Source: the human T2T-CHM13v2.0 reference genome, Homo sapiens
Reading direction: 5' to 3' (one strand)
Assembly (NCBI RefSeq): GCF_009914755.1
Contig: NC_060929.1
Length of the DNA stretch: 64,000 nt
In this document: positions 1 through 15,715 of the stretch, piece after piece
How the letters are laid out: each line of letters starts with the position of its first letter
How positions within the stretch are numbered: position 1 is the stretch's first letter
Notes under the pieces: generated by a model
The model's input: only the letters and a program-made list of their open reading frames with translations
What the model was told of the DNA's origin: nothing
The model's database searches: none
Translations under genes and position numbers: made by a program

Positions 1-39
1 GCCTGGCCTACCAGAGAAAGACTTTCATCTTCTTCACAG
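1..39 (+). pseudogene. PDGFRL-like pseudo-exon, 3' end (LAYQRKTFIFFT-G|)
   Basis: Frame starting at 3 gives ...KTFIFFT followed by a phase-1 G|gt donor at 40-41 (PDGFRL: ...STYIFFT-E). G + AC of the next exon makes Asp. Confidence 0.65.
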
Positions 40-209
40 GTGCCCTGGAGTCAGGGTCTCCAAGAACCTGCGTCCAGGAAAGTCCTCCAAACATAACCTT
101 CTTTGGGCTTTCTCTTTAGACTCACCTGTAAGATGAGGGGAGTGTACTAGTCCTCCAAGATCCTTCACGGACATTCAAAGATTCTATGGCTAGTTCCATG
201 GAGAACTGA

Positions 210-625
<416 letters not shown>

Positions 626-639
626 CTATCTAGAGGTTC

Positions 640-1145
640 ATGACCCCTACTACCAAGCATCACCTGGGAGCCTGTTGAAAACACAGATTCCTGGGCCTCA
701 CTCCCATTAAGACTGTGTGGAGTCTGGGCACCTGCCATGTCAACAAACCCTACAGGTGATTCCAATCTTCAGACAGCGGTGGGAACCCATAGTCAGCGCT
801 TCTCAACTCTGGCTGCAAATTAGGGTCACCTGTAGAACTTTAAAGCACAGACACCAATCCCCTTTTCCGCAAGGCAAGTTCTAATTCACTTGGTCTGGGG
901 GTCAGGAATTGGTCATTTTAAAAGCACCTCAGGTGATTCCAACTTCACCTAATACAGAAGCCACAAAACAGATGTGGCTATTTAAGTTAATTAGCGTTAA
1001 AGAAAGTTAATTATTCAGTTCTCCAGCTGCACTAACTGTATTTCAAGTGTCCAGGAGCCACAGATGCTGAGTGGTTACATATTGGGCAACATAAATACAG
1101 AACATTTTCATCAACACATAAAGTTCCATTGGACAGCACCGCTCT
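640..1145. mobile_element. hAT-Charlie DNA transposon fragments (MER5A-like and MER3/MER33-like)
   Basis: Motifs 'catcacctgggagcctgttgaaaacacagattcctgggcc', 'caggtgattc' and 'agaacattttcatcaacacataaagttccattggacagc' recalled from the consensus sequences. Confidence 0.6.
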
Positions 1146-1184
1146 TAAAAGCTGGTCCCCAGACCATTCCTGCTCGTTACATCA

Positions 1185-1577
<393 letters not shown>

Positions 1578-1742
1578 TCATGCTCATAGCCAATATCTCA
1601 TTTGCTTCTTATCAGTTCTATGAAGTAAGCTGGGGTGGGATTATTGCTCCCAATTGACATTTGAGAACCAAGGTCCTACAGCTAGCAGGTAGTAGGATTG
1701 GGAATCAAACTTTGACTTCAAGAAGTTCAGTATTTCCTGTAA

Positions 1743-2055
<313 letters not shown>

Positions 2056-2375
2056 TCCTATAACCTTTTTTGCATTTTTTACATTGAAGGGCCCTTAAAG
2101 ATCAAGCAGTCTGAATCCTTGCATTGTGCATGATTGCATGTGCAGAGAGGGAAAGATTTCTTTAATACACACAGCAAGCTAATGACAGATCTGGAACTAG
2201 GAAGTTTGTCTTCAGCATCCTCAGTCCAGGACCCCTTCCTTATGAGACAGGAAGGAGCATAGAGAATGGGGATGGGAAGAGATAGTGAGGTTTCAGGTCC
2301 CCAAGAAAGACCTCATGCTCCTGGGTGGTAATAGACCCACTGGGAAGCAACAAATCTTTTTCCCCACATTCCCAG

Positions 2376-2667
2376 ACCCTGAGGAGCTCTTTGTCCCTAC
2401 AGATAACTACTATGAGGTGGTACAGCTGCGCACTCATCATCCAGCCTTGCTTCCCTTCCAAGTTAAAAACCCCCTGGCCCAGATGACACTACACTGGGAG
2501 CTCCCCACTGAGGAGGTCCCAGTGGGAGACAGACATCTCCTTTGATGTGAAGAAGGGCTTCACTATTCACCAGGCCCAGGCTTCCTTGGCTGGCTCCCTC
2601 TTCTGCATGGCCAGCCTAGGTGGCATGAGACAAATCTCTACCAAGTACATTCTGGTCTATATCAATT
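2376..2667 (+). pseudogene. PDGFRL-like pseudo-exon, complete Ig domain (DPEELFVPTDNYYEVVQLRTHHPALLPFQVKNPLAQMTLHWELPTEEVPVG/TDISFDVKKGFTIHQAQASLAGSLFCMASLGGMRQISTKYILVYIN)
   Basis: Polypyrimidine + cccag| acceptor. 292 nt against 294 expected from the 98-aa PDGFRL segment, with a frameshift at about 2525-2528. First Cys replaced by Phe (TTC 2456-2458); second Cys kept (2604-2606). Donor is GC at 2668-2669. Confidence 0.88.
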
Positions 2668-3158
2668 GCACATGGGTCTAGGGCTCTGGGTGGGCAGGGA
2701 AGGGGAGGATATGGGGAGATATACCTTCTTCAGGAACCTCTGGTTTCGGCTCTGTGGATTATGGAGCTCTAAACAACATCAGCTTTTGATGACTCTCTAT
2801 GTAGTCAGCCGTTTTGTCCAGCCAGCCGATCAGCCATGGAACCAGCTGATACCAGCTCAGCCTTTCTATCCATTGACCTATTCACAATCAAGTCAAACTG
2901 TTCCATGCATGAATCCTCCATCAGTCAATCATTCCATCACCTACCCATACTCCATTAATTCATTTTACCCATTCATACATCTACACATCCTCTATCAATT
3001 CAACCACCTCAACCATTCACCCTCTACCCATTTAGCCATTCTGCCCATTCATTCTATTCATCCATCTCTCCATCCCTCTATCTACCATCAATTCAACAAT
3101 TCTAACAATCAAGTCAACATGTTTGTCTCTAACTTCTCTACCCTCTTAACCATGGCAG

Positions 3159-3297
3159 ACCCATCTTCCTCCCCAAAACCCACCATCCAAGCTTCAGCAA
3201 CATCAGTATAACTAGGAGAAAACTTCAGTGTGACCTGCATGGTCTGGCCGAGCCAGAGATTGCTGTGGACCTTAGCGAGGGATATTCAGGGCAGAAG
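3159..3297 (+). pseudogene. PDGFRL-like pseudo-exon, N-half of last Ig domain (YPSSSPKPTIQASATSV*LGENFSVTCMV/AEPEIAVDLSEGYSGQK)
   Basis: ggcag| acceptor, AAG|gtaagc donor; 139 nt against 140 expected. In-frame TAA at 3209-3211 and a 1-nt frameshift at about 3245. Compare PDGFRL VPSGPPSTTILASSNKVKSGDDISVLCTVLGEPDVEVEFTWIFPGQK. Confidence 0.88.
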
Positions 3298-5340
3298 GTA
3301 AGCAGCGGGTAATGGAGGCTGTGTGTATGTGTGTACATGGTGGTGGAGTGTTGGGGCAGGGAGGTGGGAGTGAAGGATTAGTTAGGACCAAGAGCAATCA
3401 TGGTGGGATGGAGCTACTGCTTGATTGGGAATCTGATAAACCTGGATTCTGGTCCCAACTCTGATGCTGCTTCTCTGAGTTACCTAGGGCAAATCACTTC
3501 CCTTTTCTGGGCCCCAGTTTTCTCATCTTTCAAATAGTAACTTCTCAGATTACTGCGTAAGAATGCATAATTTGTTCCTTTCTTAATTTAACCAAAAATG
3601 AGCACTTGCCACATGCCAGACACTGGACTAGGTACTAAGGTTATGAGGATGAGTCTAAAAGAGATGGCTTCTGCTATCTGCAAGTTTATCATCTAAGCAG
3701 GGAGAAGTGAAATATGGACAAAAGTGACCATGCAGACAATGCCAAATGATACAATGAGCATAAAACAGGACAATGCGATAGGGTCTACCTAAGATATAGT
3801 GGTTAGGGAGTCATCTCCAAGGTGACATTCAAGCCGAGACCAGACTGGCCTCAGCCACACAAAGATGGTGCTGGAGCAAATGCTCAGGCTCTGTGGCTGG
3901 GTGTGTATGTGTAACAGGAGATGAACGTTAGCAACTGTTTCCTTGGCATCTGCTGTGAGATCAGACCTTCCCAAGTGGTGTTGGAGAGGTAGTGTTTCTT
4001 TCTTCTCAAAGAACTTACTCCCATGAAATTCAAACATCTGGAGAACGGCTGTGCTAAAAGGTATATTACCAACCTGGAGGACCTGAGGCATTTGTAAGAG
4101 GACTTCCTGGAAGAGCTGGAATTTGATAGGAGCCTTGTGGAGAGGGAGGGGGAAGATCCAGACCTGTGGTACTAGGAGAAAGAATAAGGGCGAACATGTC
4201 ACACCCACATGAGACCCAGAGACTCATCTGTCCCACCACTGCCACCTGTGGAGAATGCAGGGGAGCATGTGGGCCCAGGAACTCAAGCATCATTCTTGAG
4301 ACTCCCAGGAGCCATCAATGACATGTGAGCAGTGAGCTGATCTTGTATGGGTCCCAGGGAAAGAGTGGCTCAGAAAGACCCATGAGGGGCTATCACCCAG
4401 CTGGAGGCCATTTAAGAACAGTATAGGACAGGGAAACAAGGTGCTCTACAAGCTGTGATTTGACAAGATCACCACTTTCAGTAGCCCTGAAAAGGAGGCC
4501 AGTGGCACCCAGTGAGGGTGCCCTGTGGAACCCAGTGAGGGTGCCCTGTTCCCCCCGAACTTAAAACACTCTGGCTCCACCTCGCTCCAGTCATTTGTGT
4601 AGCCTGAGCTGGCACATAGCGACTTCCCGAGTTCATCTCTCCATTCCCTGCAGTGGCTGCAAGGATGTGATAAAGGTGAACTCCACAGAGGCCTTAGGCA
4701 TTGGAAAGGGTAAAGGATCATTCTCCCACTTGTCAGAAGAGGAAACTGAGACCCAAGAAGGGGAAAGGAGCATACAGACGGTCAGGAGACACTGGCTTGG
4801 CTTTACCAGGATTTCCCCAACATGTTCTTTAGAAGGGTGGAATACCAGAAAGTTCCCTCCCACCCTACCTCACTTCCTCTTATAACCATTACCTGTCTTG
4901 GAGATTCAAAATACACAGGTACATGTAACAGACTCAGTGGTCGGAGTCTACCCAATTTCACTTTGCTTTTCTTAATGTTTCCAAAACACTTTTGGTAGTA
5001 AAATTCTTCCTCTTCCTCTCCTTTGAGGAGGTAGCATCCCTACAGAAGCAGAGGGCCACAAAACCCACGTTGGGAAGTACTTCCCTGGACTGAGTTACCT
5101 CTGGACACTCTTTGAGAAGGGGAGGGAAACCCAGCTTTTCTCTGCAGACTTGAGAAGCTTAACGTTTTTCACAAAGAACCTGGCCTTTAAGGTGCTCTGA
5201 CACCAAGCTGAAGTGTGACCTTGGGCAAGTCACTTCTCCTTTCCCCAAAGAGATAAATGGTGCCTCTTACCTGACCCTGGTGTGTGAGTCAGAGATGCAC
5301 CTGGGGCAGCTGATGGACAGTCCGTTTTTATCCCCTACCG

Positions 5341-5556
5341 TTGGGCCAACCACTCTACATCAGTGAACGGGCCCATGTGGTACACGGGGAGAGCCAGGTA
5401 CAGCAGGAGGCAGAGGGCACCCTGTATGTGGAGGGGACCTGGGCTAGGGATGCTGGTGTCTACACCTGCTGGGCCACCAACCTTCAGGGCACTGGTTTGG
5501 CCACCACCCATGTCCACGTGACTCGAGGTCCTCGTGTCTCCTCTACCCCTTCCTAG
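5341..5556 (+). pseudogene. PDGFRL-like terminal pseudo-exon (LGQPLYISERAHVVHGESQVQQEAEGTLYVEGTWARDAGVYTCWATNLQGTGLATTHVHVTRGPRVSSTPS*)
   Basis: Open frame with the Ig F-strand motif D-A-G-x-Y-x-C-x-A-x-N-L-Q-G (PDGFRL: DAGYYICTAQNLQG). The acceptor after the pyrimidine tract reads ccg| instead of cag|. Confidence 0.88.
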
Positions 5557-5989
5557 CTCCCTCCCTGGCCACAGGCATCTGGATGTGGAGCAATAGGCAG
5601 AATCAGGGGTAGGTACCTGTGGGAACATCAGTGTTTCTGATGCCAAAGAGGGGTCCTGCAGTGCAGAAGGTGACTTCTCATTCATCCTCGCAGTCTCTCC
5701 CACCCCATCCCTCTGTTTTCACTACTTACTTCAACCTCAGCCTCACTCCAAGCCTTGGTCTATTTTGAAGGCCATCCTTTAATCCAGGCTTCACCCTAGC
5801 CCCAGGCCCCACATCCACAATTAGGGCAAAGCAAGGGCCAGTGGGGCTTTGGTGCTTGAGGAGAGTGCCCAGAACCACGAGTGGGCTACCCAGGCCCCAG
5901 ATTTACTCTTCAGAGATCCCCACCATTGGCAGAAGTCCTTGTGAAGACCCACCTCCCCACCCTCCCAGAAAAACACAAAAGTCACATAA

Positions 5990-8375
<2,386 letters not shown>

Positions 8376-8553
8376 CTATGTGGCGAGGAAAGAGACCTCA
8401 GTGGGAGTGACAGGGGCCAGAGGGAAGGCAGGCGAGGCATTGGCCCCAAGGACCCGGTACAACAGCTCCTCCTTCTCCTGCTGGAGCTGTCGCCGCAGCT
8501 GCACCTCCTTCTCCAGGGCCTCACGCGTGAGAAGCAGGTCTTCTGACAGCTGC
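8376..8553 (-). CDS. CCDC69: CCDC69 last coding exon (RQLSEDLLLTREALEKEVQLRRQLQQEKEELLYRVLGANASPAFPLAPVTPTEVSFLAT*)
   Basis: 178 nt to TAG at 8378-8376; ccacag| acceptor. Exon sum 48+76+107+88+74+102+120+98+178 = 891 nt = 296 aa + stop. Confidence 0.96.
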
Positions 8554-9282
8554 CTGTGGATGCACACAGAGCCCAGGGTTGCCTACTGGGAGCAGCTGCC
8601 ACAGAGACCAACCCATTCCCCCAGGAAGCCTTCCTTAGATGGACCAGCAGCCTGCTGCAGGGTCCCCACTGCCCTCCTTGTTGGCCTGTATACAAGAGGC
8701 AATTCAATCTGTTGACCAAGGAGCGGGGGCCTCACAGACAGGCAGGCAGTTCTGAGCTGCTTCAAATCTCTGCTCTACCACTTAGCTATATAATCTTGAA
8801 TAAGTTATTCATTCTTCTTAAATTTCAGTCTTCTCATTTGTAAAATGGGAAGAAGAAGAATAGGACCCAGCTCTTAGAGTAATTATGAGGATTAGATGAG
8901 AAAATATGTACAGTATTCAATAAATTATGTCTGACACATGATACTAGCTCTTATTTACTAAGCCCTAAGAACTGATTCATTCCACTTAGGCCTGGTGCAC
9001 TATAAATTTCCTGTTTCCTCCTCCCTATATTGGGCTTTCCCACAGAGTACACTCAGCCAGGACAGAGACAAACAGATACTAATCAAGGCATTGGGACCTT
9101 GGTTTCTGAGCAGAACTGCCCCCTTGGGTTTCTTGACTCCCAGGGAAAGAGGAGCCACATTCCCTAAATAGGCCCTGGGCCCACCTGTCAGTCCATTCCT
9201 CAGGCCCCTCTAAGACTCTCCCAGCTGGGAATTTTGGCAAAAAGGGTGGGGATGGGAGTAAAGGAGGCAGGAAGACAGCTAC

Positions 9283-9380
9283 CTTGACAGGACCACCTGG
9301 TTGCGGCTTCGGACATGGAGGTCCTCATTTTCCTGTTGCAGGGTCGTAATTTTTTCCTCCAATATCAGATTTTTCTCTTT
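9283..9380 (-). CDS. CCDC69: CCDC69 coding exon 8 (KEKNLILEEKITTLQQENEDLHVRSRNQVVLS)
   Basis: 98 nt; ttatag| acceptor, AG|gtagct donor; phases 0->2. Confidence 0.95.
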
Positions 9381-10360
9381 CTATAACAATGAGAATGAGC
9401 TCAGAAAGCTGCCAAACTCACGCTGCACGATGTGTGCTGTCACCTCCCTCTTATCTGTGGTCACTGAAAGCACTGATTCATTCTAGACTAGATGTTACAT
9501 TTCATGGAGCAATAAGGTAACTTAGAAAAAAGTAAAACTAAAAAGTTAACAAAGGGCTGCGGCTTTTTGCCACAGGAGAATGGTAAAAAAAAATTACAGG
9601 CCCTACCATCTCATTTCACCATGAGTTCATGGAAGAAAGAATATGTTTTGTTCTCCAAAAGTCAGAAGGATATGATCTATATAAATAAAATTAAGTTTGT
9701 CTGTTATGTGTTTCCACAAAAATGAGCGAACAAAATCTATACGGAATGTTTGAGATGATCTGATTAAAATAAAGCCCTGTGGGTGATTCCATGTCACGTG
9801 ACTCAAGCCCCCAGGGCTCCCTGGGCACACACCCTGGCTCCCCATCTCCCTCCTACCCTCTTTCCTTCCTGAGAAAAGAACGGATGGTGACATGAGATGG
9901 TAGTGCCTGTAAGACTTTTTTTTTAAACATTCTCATGTGGCAAAATTAAAAGTCAGCAGCTTTTTGTTAACTCCTTAGTTTTATTTTTTTAATTATAAGT
10001 TGTAAGGCACACAGGAGGCCAGGGAGACTTCTACAGCAACATAATCTCTGCTTAGATTCAACCCTAGGGTTTCTGAGGCTTCTGTCCTCCCGTGTTCTCA
10101 ATGCTACCTGCCCTAGTGTCACCCAAGCTACAGCAACATCAGTAGCCTCAAAAGGCACAGGACTCAGATGATAAGGAGCCACTGCTTGACCCAGCCTGGC
10201 CACAGACCATGCTCAGTGGTCAGCACAGGTGGCAGGTCAAAGCTGGAGTGAACTAGGCTGGGACCTCCTCAAACCACCTCCCCTCTGCATGCTTTACAAA
10301 GGAAACACCCAGAAAGCGGGAGCCTGAGGCTGCATCCCCCAGCCACTCCCAGTCACAGAC

Positions 10361-10480
10361 CACTGTTTCCATGAGGATCAGCCGCCTGTCCAGCTCATGA
10401 ATACGCTCATTCTTCATCTCGATGACAAAGTGTAAGCTCTCCAGCTCCTGCTCCCAGAACTGGCTGGGGCTCCCATAATC
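10361..10480 (-). CDS. CCDC69: CCDC69 coding exon 7 (DYGSPSQFWEQELESLHFVIEMKNERIHELDRRLILMETV)
   Basis: 120 nt; tgtctag| acceptor, weak GTG|gtctgt donor. The EQELESLHFVIEMKNERIH segment resembles the MTUS1/MTUS2 C-terminal coiled-coil motif. Confidence 0.95.
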
Positions 10481-10961
10481 CTAGACAGGGACAGAGTGAC
10501 CTCATTAGGCCAGTAGGCTACCTCCCTCCTCCCCATTCTGCCAGCAACTCATTGTTGGACTTTCACAAGTCACCCACCTTCCTCTCTCAGCCCATGTTAA
10601 GTGTTTAATATGCTTTATCTCCCTGTATCCGAATATCACCTTTTGAGACATGTGCTAGCACCACAGATGAGGAGACTGTGGTTCGGACAGGTTGAGTCAC
10701 TTGTGCTAAGTGGCAGGTTTGCTATGTGCACCTAGTTCTCTCTGAATCCAGAACGTGAGCACTTTACTATTCCAGATGCTGCTCTCTGGGCCTTAATTTT
10801 CCCATCGGTGAAATGGGAACTCTTTTATTTCCAGGCCCTTGTGTAGGTAAGAGTGCCAGGTCTGAGTCTTGTCCTTGAAGAGGGGCTGGTCTTTCCTGTT
10901 GCCCGGCCCTGACCTCCCTGGAGATTCAAGGAGGAAAAGCGCCCAGGGTGCTGCCACCTAC

Positions 10962-11063
10962 CTGGATATGTTTCTTATAGTTTCGGCTCAGAATGGACTC
11001 CTCCACCCTCTTCATTTTGGCCTGGAAAGCCTCCAGCTGTGAGGTCAGTCTGTCTATGGTCTC
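10962..11063 (-). CDS. CCDC69: CCDC69 coding exon 6 (ETIDRLTSQLEAFQAKMKRVEESILSRNYKKHIQ)
   Basis: 102 nt; ctccag| acceptor, CAG|gtaggt donor; symmetric phase 0-0. Confidence 0.96.
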
Positions 11064-11259
11064 CTGGAGCAGGGAGTGGGATGGAGACAATCAAAGCCTG
11101 CCTCATAAATGCTGTAGGTGAACTTCGCCACATCCCAGAGGGAGAACGGTTTTGGGTTCTTCAATCTGTCTTTGGCTACTCTACATGACAATGCAACATC
11201 AACATACTTCGACCACTGCTTGAGATCTACCAGCCCTTACAGTGCAGAATTGCATGCTG

Positions 11260-11430
11260 GGAAGAGAAAGAAAGAAGAGAAAAGAAAAGAGGAAAGAAAA
11301 GAAGACGGGAGGGGAGGGGAGGGGGACGGGAGGGGGAGGGAGATAGGGAGGGGAAGGGAGGGGGACAGAGAAGGAGAAGGAGAGGGAGGGAGAAGGAGAA
11401 GGAGAGGGAGAAGGAGAGGAGATGAAAGGA
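11260..11430. repeat. GA-rich polypurine low-complexity tract
   Basis: About 170 bp made almost entirely of A and G on the plus strand. Confidence 0.9.
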
Positions 11431-12324
11431 ACATACCAACCCCACCTCTTGCTTTAATGCCTTTAACGGCTCCCCATACTGCAGGGAACAATGTCCTGCT
11501 ATAAAAGATGGTTGTTAGCCTGGCATTCAAAACACATCCAAACCAGGCTCAATGAATTTTTCCAAGCTCACCTCTCACTGCTCCTTCTATACATCCTCTC
11601 CTGCAGCCAAACATCACAATAGTCCCCCAGCTGCAGGGTACATTCTTATCTCCAAACTGTTTCACTGCCAAGAACTTTCTCTACTTGAACCGTGACCACT
11701 ACCGTTAGGCTAGAGCACAACCCCTTAAGGTGGCTCACTGGCTTCCACTCTGGCCCTTGCTCACGTTCTTAGCCTTAGTCCCCTCTCCCACTGAAACTCA
11801 TACCCCAGGCATCCTGGACATCTTTCGGTTCCTCAGGTATTCCATATTTTTCCTTTTTCCTCCATGTCTTTGAACACATTGCTTTTTTTCTGCCTGAGGC
11901 ACCCTTCCTACCCTTCTTTACCAAAGAATTCCAACCCATCCTTCAGACTCCAGCTTAGATCTCACTCCCTCTAGGAAATCTTTCCTGCACAGCCACATTG
12001 AGTCAGATGCTTCCCTGCATCCTTCCACAGGTCCCTGTGCATCCACCCATGAATCTAATCACACTGTGGCACTTGGCCCATGCCTCTCCAAGATCTCCCC
12101 AGCAGTCCCTGGAAAAATAGGCCCAACTCAATTTCACACTCAGTCCTCTTGAGCTAATAGCCTGGTTACTACATCAAGGGGCCTGGATACACAGAAGGCA
12201 ATCACCTCAGCCCCTCACTCCTAGGCACACGTAATCAGTTTTGGCTGCCTTGGGGCTCCATGCTGCTTTCCCATTGGTCCTCACTTACCCTTATCCAAGA
12301 CTGACACGACCCAGCCCCTCTCAC

Positions 12325-12398
12325 CTGCTGGGTAGAACTGGCCTCCCGGAAAGAGTGGGTAAGCGCTTCTTTCTCCTGTTCATATGAGGCCCGGAGGA
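12325..12398 (-). CDS. CCDC69: CCDC69 coding exon 5 (VLRASYEQEKEALTHSFREASSTQQ)
   Basis: 74 nt; ccctacag| acceptor, CAG|gtgaga donor; phases 1->0. Confidence 0.96.
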
Positions 12399-13260
12399 CT
12401 GTAGGGAAAGGAGAACTCCATAAGCTCAAGACACTTCTCCCCAAAGCCTTCTGCAGGCCCCTTGGTGGCCAGGAAGGTCCAGATATTTAACTGGGGCCCA
12501 TAGAGGCCAGGAGTCTAGGAACGGTCTTATTCATCCTTCTGTCTCCTAGGCTTGCTTGGGGGCTGTGCCAGAAATGTACTAGGTATTTAATAAAACCTCA
12601 AGGAAATTGAAATAAACTATAGCCTGGGAGGAACGCTACCAGATTGCGGGTGCCATCCACACCTCACTAAAGCTAAGATCCAAAGATCTTGCAGGAAGCA
12701 TGTTCACCTAAGACCACCTCGGGCCACAGAAAATGCATAGGACAATGCTTTGTAAACTGGATTAGCGAAATCACAAAATCATTAAATCCTTAGTTGTCAA
12801 ACTAAAGCACAAAACTGCAGTAAGTACATTGGATTTGTGGCTAGGAAATCCACCTGGTCCTGGCTCTGCCTTTCCGAAACTGAGAGACCTTGAGAAGATC
12901 ATATCAGACATCTAAAAGTCCAGTTACCTCAACTGTGAAATGGGATCAATAAACTGGATCTGATTGTCTCAAAGGGGTCATTTGAGGATCACATGAGAAG
13001 GACGTGCAAGGGCTTCACAGACAGGGCGGTGCTGTACACAGCTGAAATTATCGTCATTCCCCAAATCAATACAGTTGTATGTATCATCCCATCTCCTTCA
13101 TAAAGTTCCTTTTGGAAAATTCCAACCTTGTCTCAGCTGAAAAAAGACAATGGGCAACTGACAATCAACGGGCAGAATGGGAAATAGAACAGAGGAGACA
13201 GGAAAGTATAATACAGCCAAAGAGCCAGGTATCTGGCAGTGATGAAAAAAATAATGTTCA

Positions 13261-13567
<307 letters not shown>

Positions 13568-15270
13568 TCAGTAATATAACTGTGGTAGAGTAGTAAAAAA
13601 TTTATAAGAATTTATCAATATATAATATTTATAAATATATAATATCAATTTATCATATAAAAATTACAGCCTTAACTTTTTAAAATTATTGGCCTAATTT
13701 GTTAATTTGCCTATCAAGACAGGTTCTGGTTTCAGGTAAGATGAAGGAAGCACACTCCATCCAGTTTTTCCTACTGAATGTAGCTATAAAACCTGGACAG
13801 AATGAATTCTGCAGTTATTTGCAGACTGAAAAGTAAATGGTAGCAGCAGACTGAGCAAGAAGACCAGAATTTGAAGTACCACTGACCCAACAGATTTAGA
13901 CAAACCCAGAATCTCACGTATTTAGATATTTTAAATGTCCAGGATACAACCCCAAATTTCTCAGCATACAATACAAAATCACTCAGCCTAAAAAGAAGCA
14001 GAAGAAAAACTCCCTTGAGGAAAGATATTCAACAGATGCCTAAACTGAGATCCTATAGATGTAGGAATTATTAACAGAGTTTTTATGGTAATCAATGTAA
14101 AAAGACTCCAAGAAGTATGGGTGTTCTGTCACTGACGGCAAGAAGGAAAAAGAGAAAAGGAAAGTAAGAGTGAATATACTTTTAGGAATAATAGAAAAAT
14201 AGAAAGTCTTAGCAAATAAATAGAGTTATTAAGAAGAACCAAAAGGAAATTTTAGAACTAAAAAGTATAATAAGTGAAATAAAAACTCACTAGGTGAAAT
14301 CAATAGCAGAATGGAGATGAGATGATAAGAAAGAGCCAGTGAACTTCAAGATAGATCAATAGAAATTATCTGATCTGGACAATAGAGGAGAAAAAAAGAT
14401 TAGAAAAAAAAATGAACGGAGCTTCAGAGACCTGTAAGATAATGCCCAAATAGCTAACATTACTATCATCACAGTCAAAGAATTAGAGGAAAAAGGGTGC
14501 AGTGCAAAAAAAAAAAATTGAAGAAAGAATGATTGAATATTCCACAAACTTGCCAAAACATAAACCTACAGATTAAAGAAGATCACTGAACTCCAAAGTA
14601 AGCCCAAAGAAATCCACACCCAGACAACATCATTTCCAAAAGCTAATGACACAGAAAAGGTGTAGAATGGAACCAGATAAAAATGGTACACTACATATAG
14701 GGAACAACAGCTTGAATAACTGTGTGTTTCTCATTAGAAACCTTAGAGACCAGAAGAAAAAAATTTAAAAACTGCTGGAAAATGTTGATGTTCATAATGT
14801 TGGGTTGAGGTCTACCATTTTAGGATGTGTTTTCTGTTTGTTCTCGCTGATCTTTATCCTCTGTTTTCTCTTTCCTGCTTTCTTTTGGAGTACAAAACCA
14901 TAACAAAAAGCCCAGAATCCCATATGCAGTGAAAATATCCTTCAGGAAAGAAGATTAAATCGAGACATTCTCAGATGAAGGACACTTAGAATTCATCACC
15001 AGCAAACCTGCTCTAAAAGAATTGCTAAAGGAAATTCTTCAAATGAAACCAGAGGGAAACTTGAAACTTGAAACTTCAAGAATGTAGGAAGAGTAACAGA
15101 ACTGGTAAAGACCTAAGTAAATACAATAGACTGTTCTTCCCTTGAGCTCTTTAAAATATGATTGATGATTAAATGCAAAAATTATAACCTTGTCTGATGG
15201 GGCATTAGATGTATGTAGATGTAATACATGAGATAAATGTAACAAAAATGGGAGAGAACAGAGGAACCTA

Positions 15271-15715
<445 letters not shown>

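Noticed and set aside
2666-3211. 181-aa ORF on + strand
   Set aside because: Mostly intronic low-complexity (CCAT/TTCA-like) sequence starting at a non-ATG codon; only the last 17 codons belong to the PDGFRL-like pseudo-exon.
4507-4549. 20-bp direct repeat ACCCAGTGAGGGTGCCCTGT (period 23)
   Set aside because: Two-copy micro-duplication in a pseudogene intron; no sign of function.
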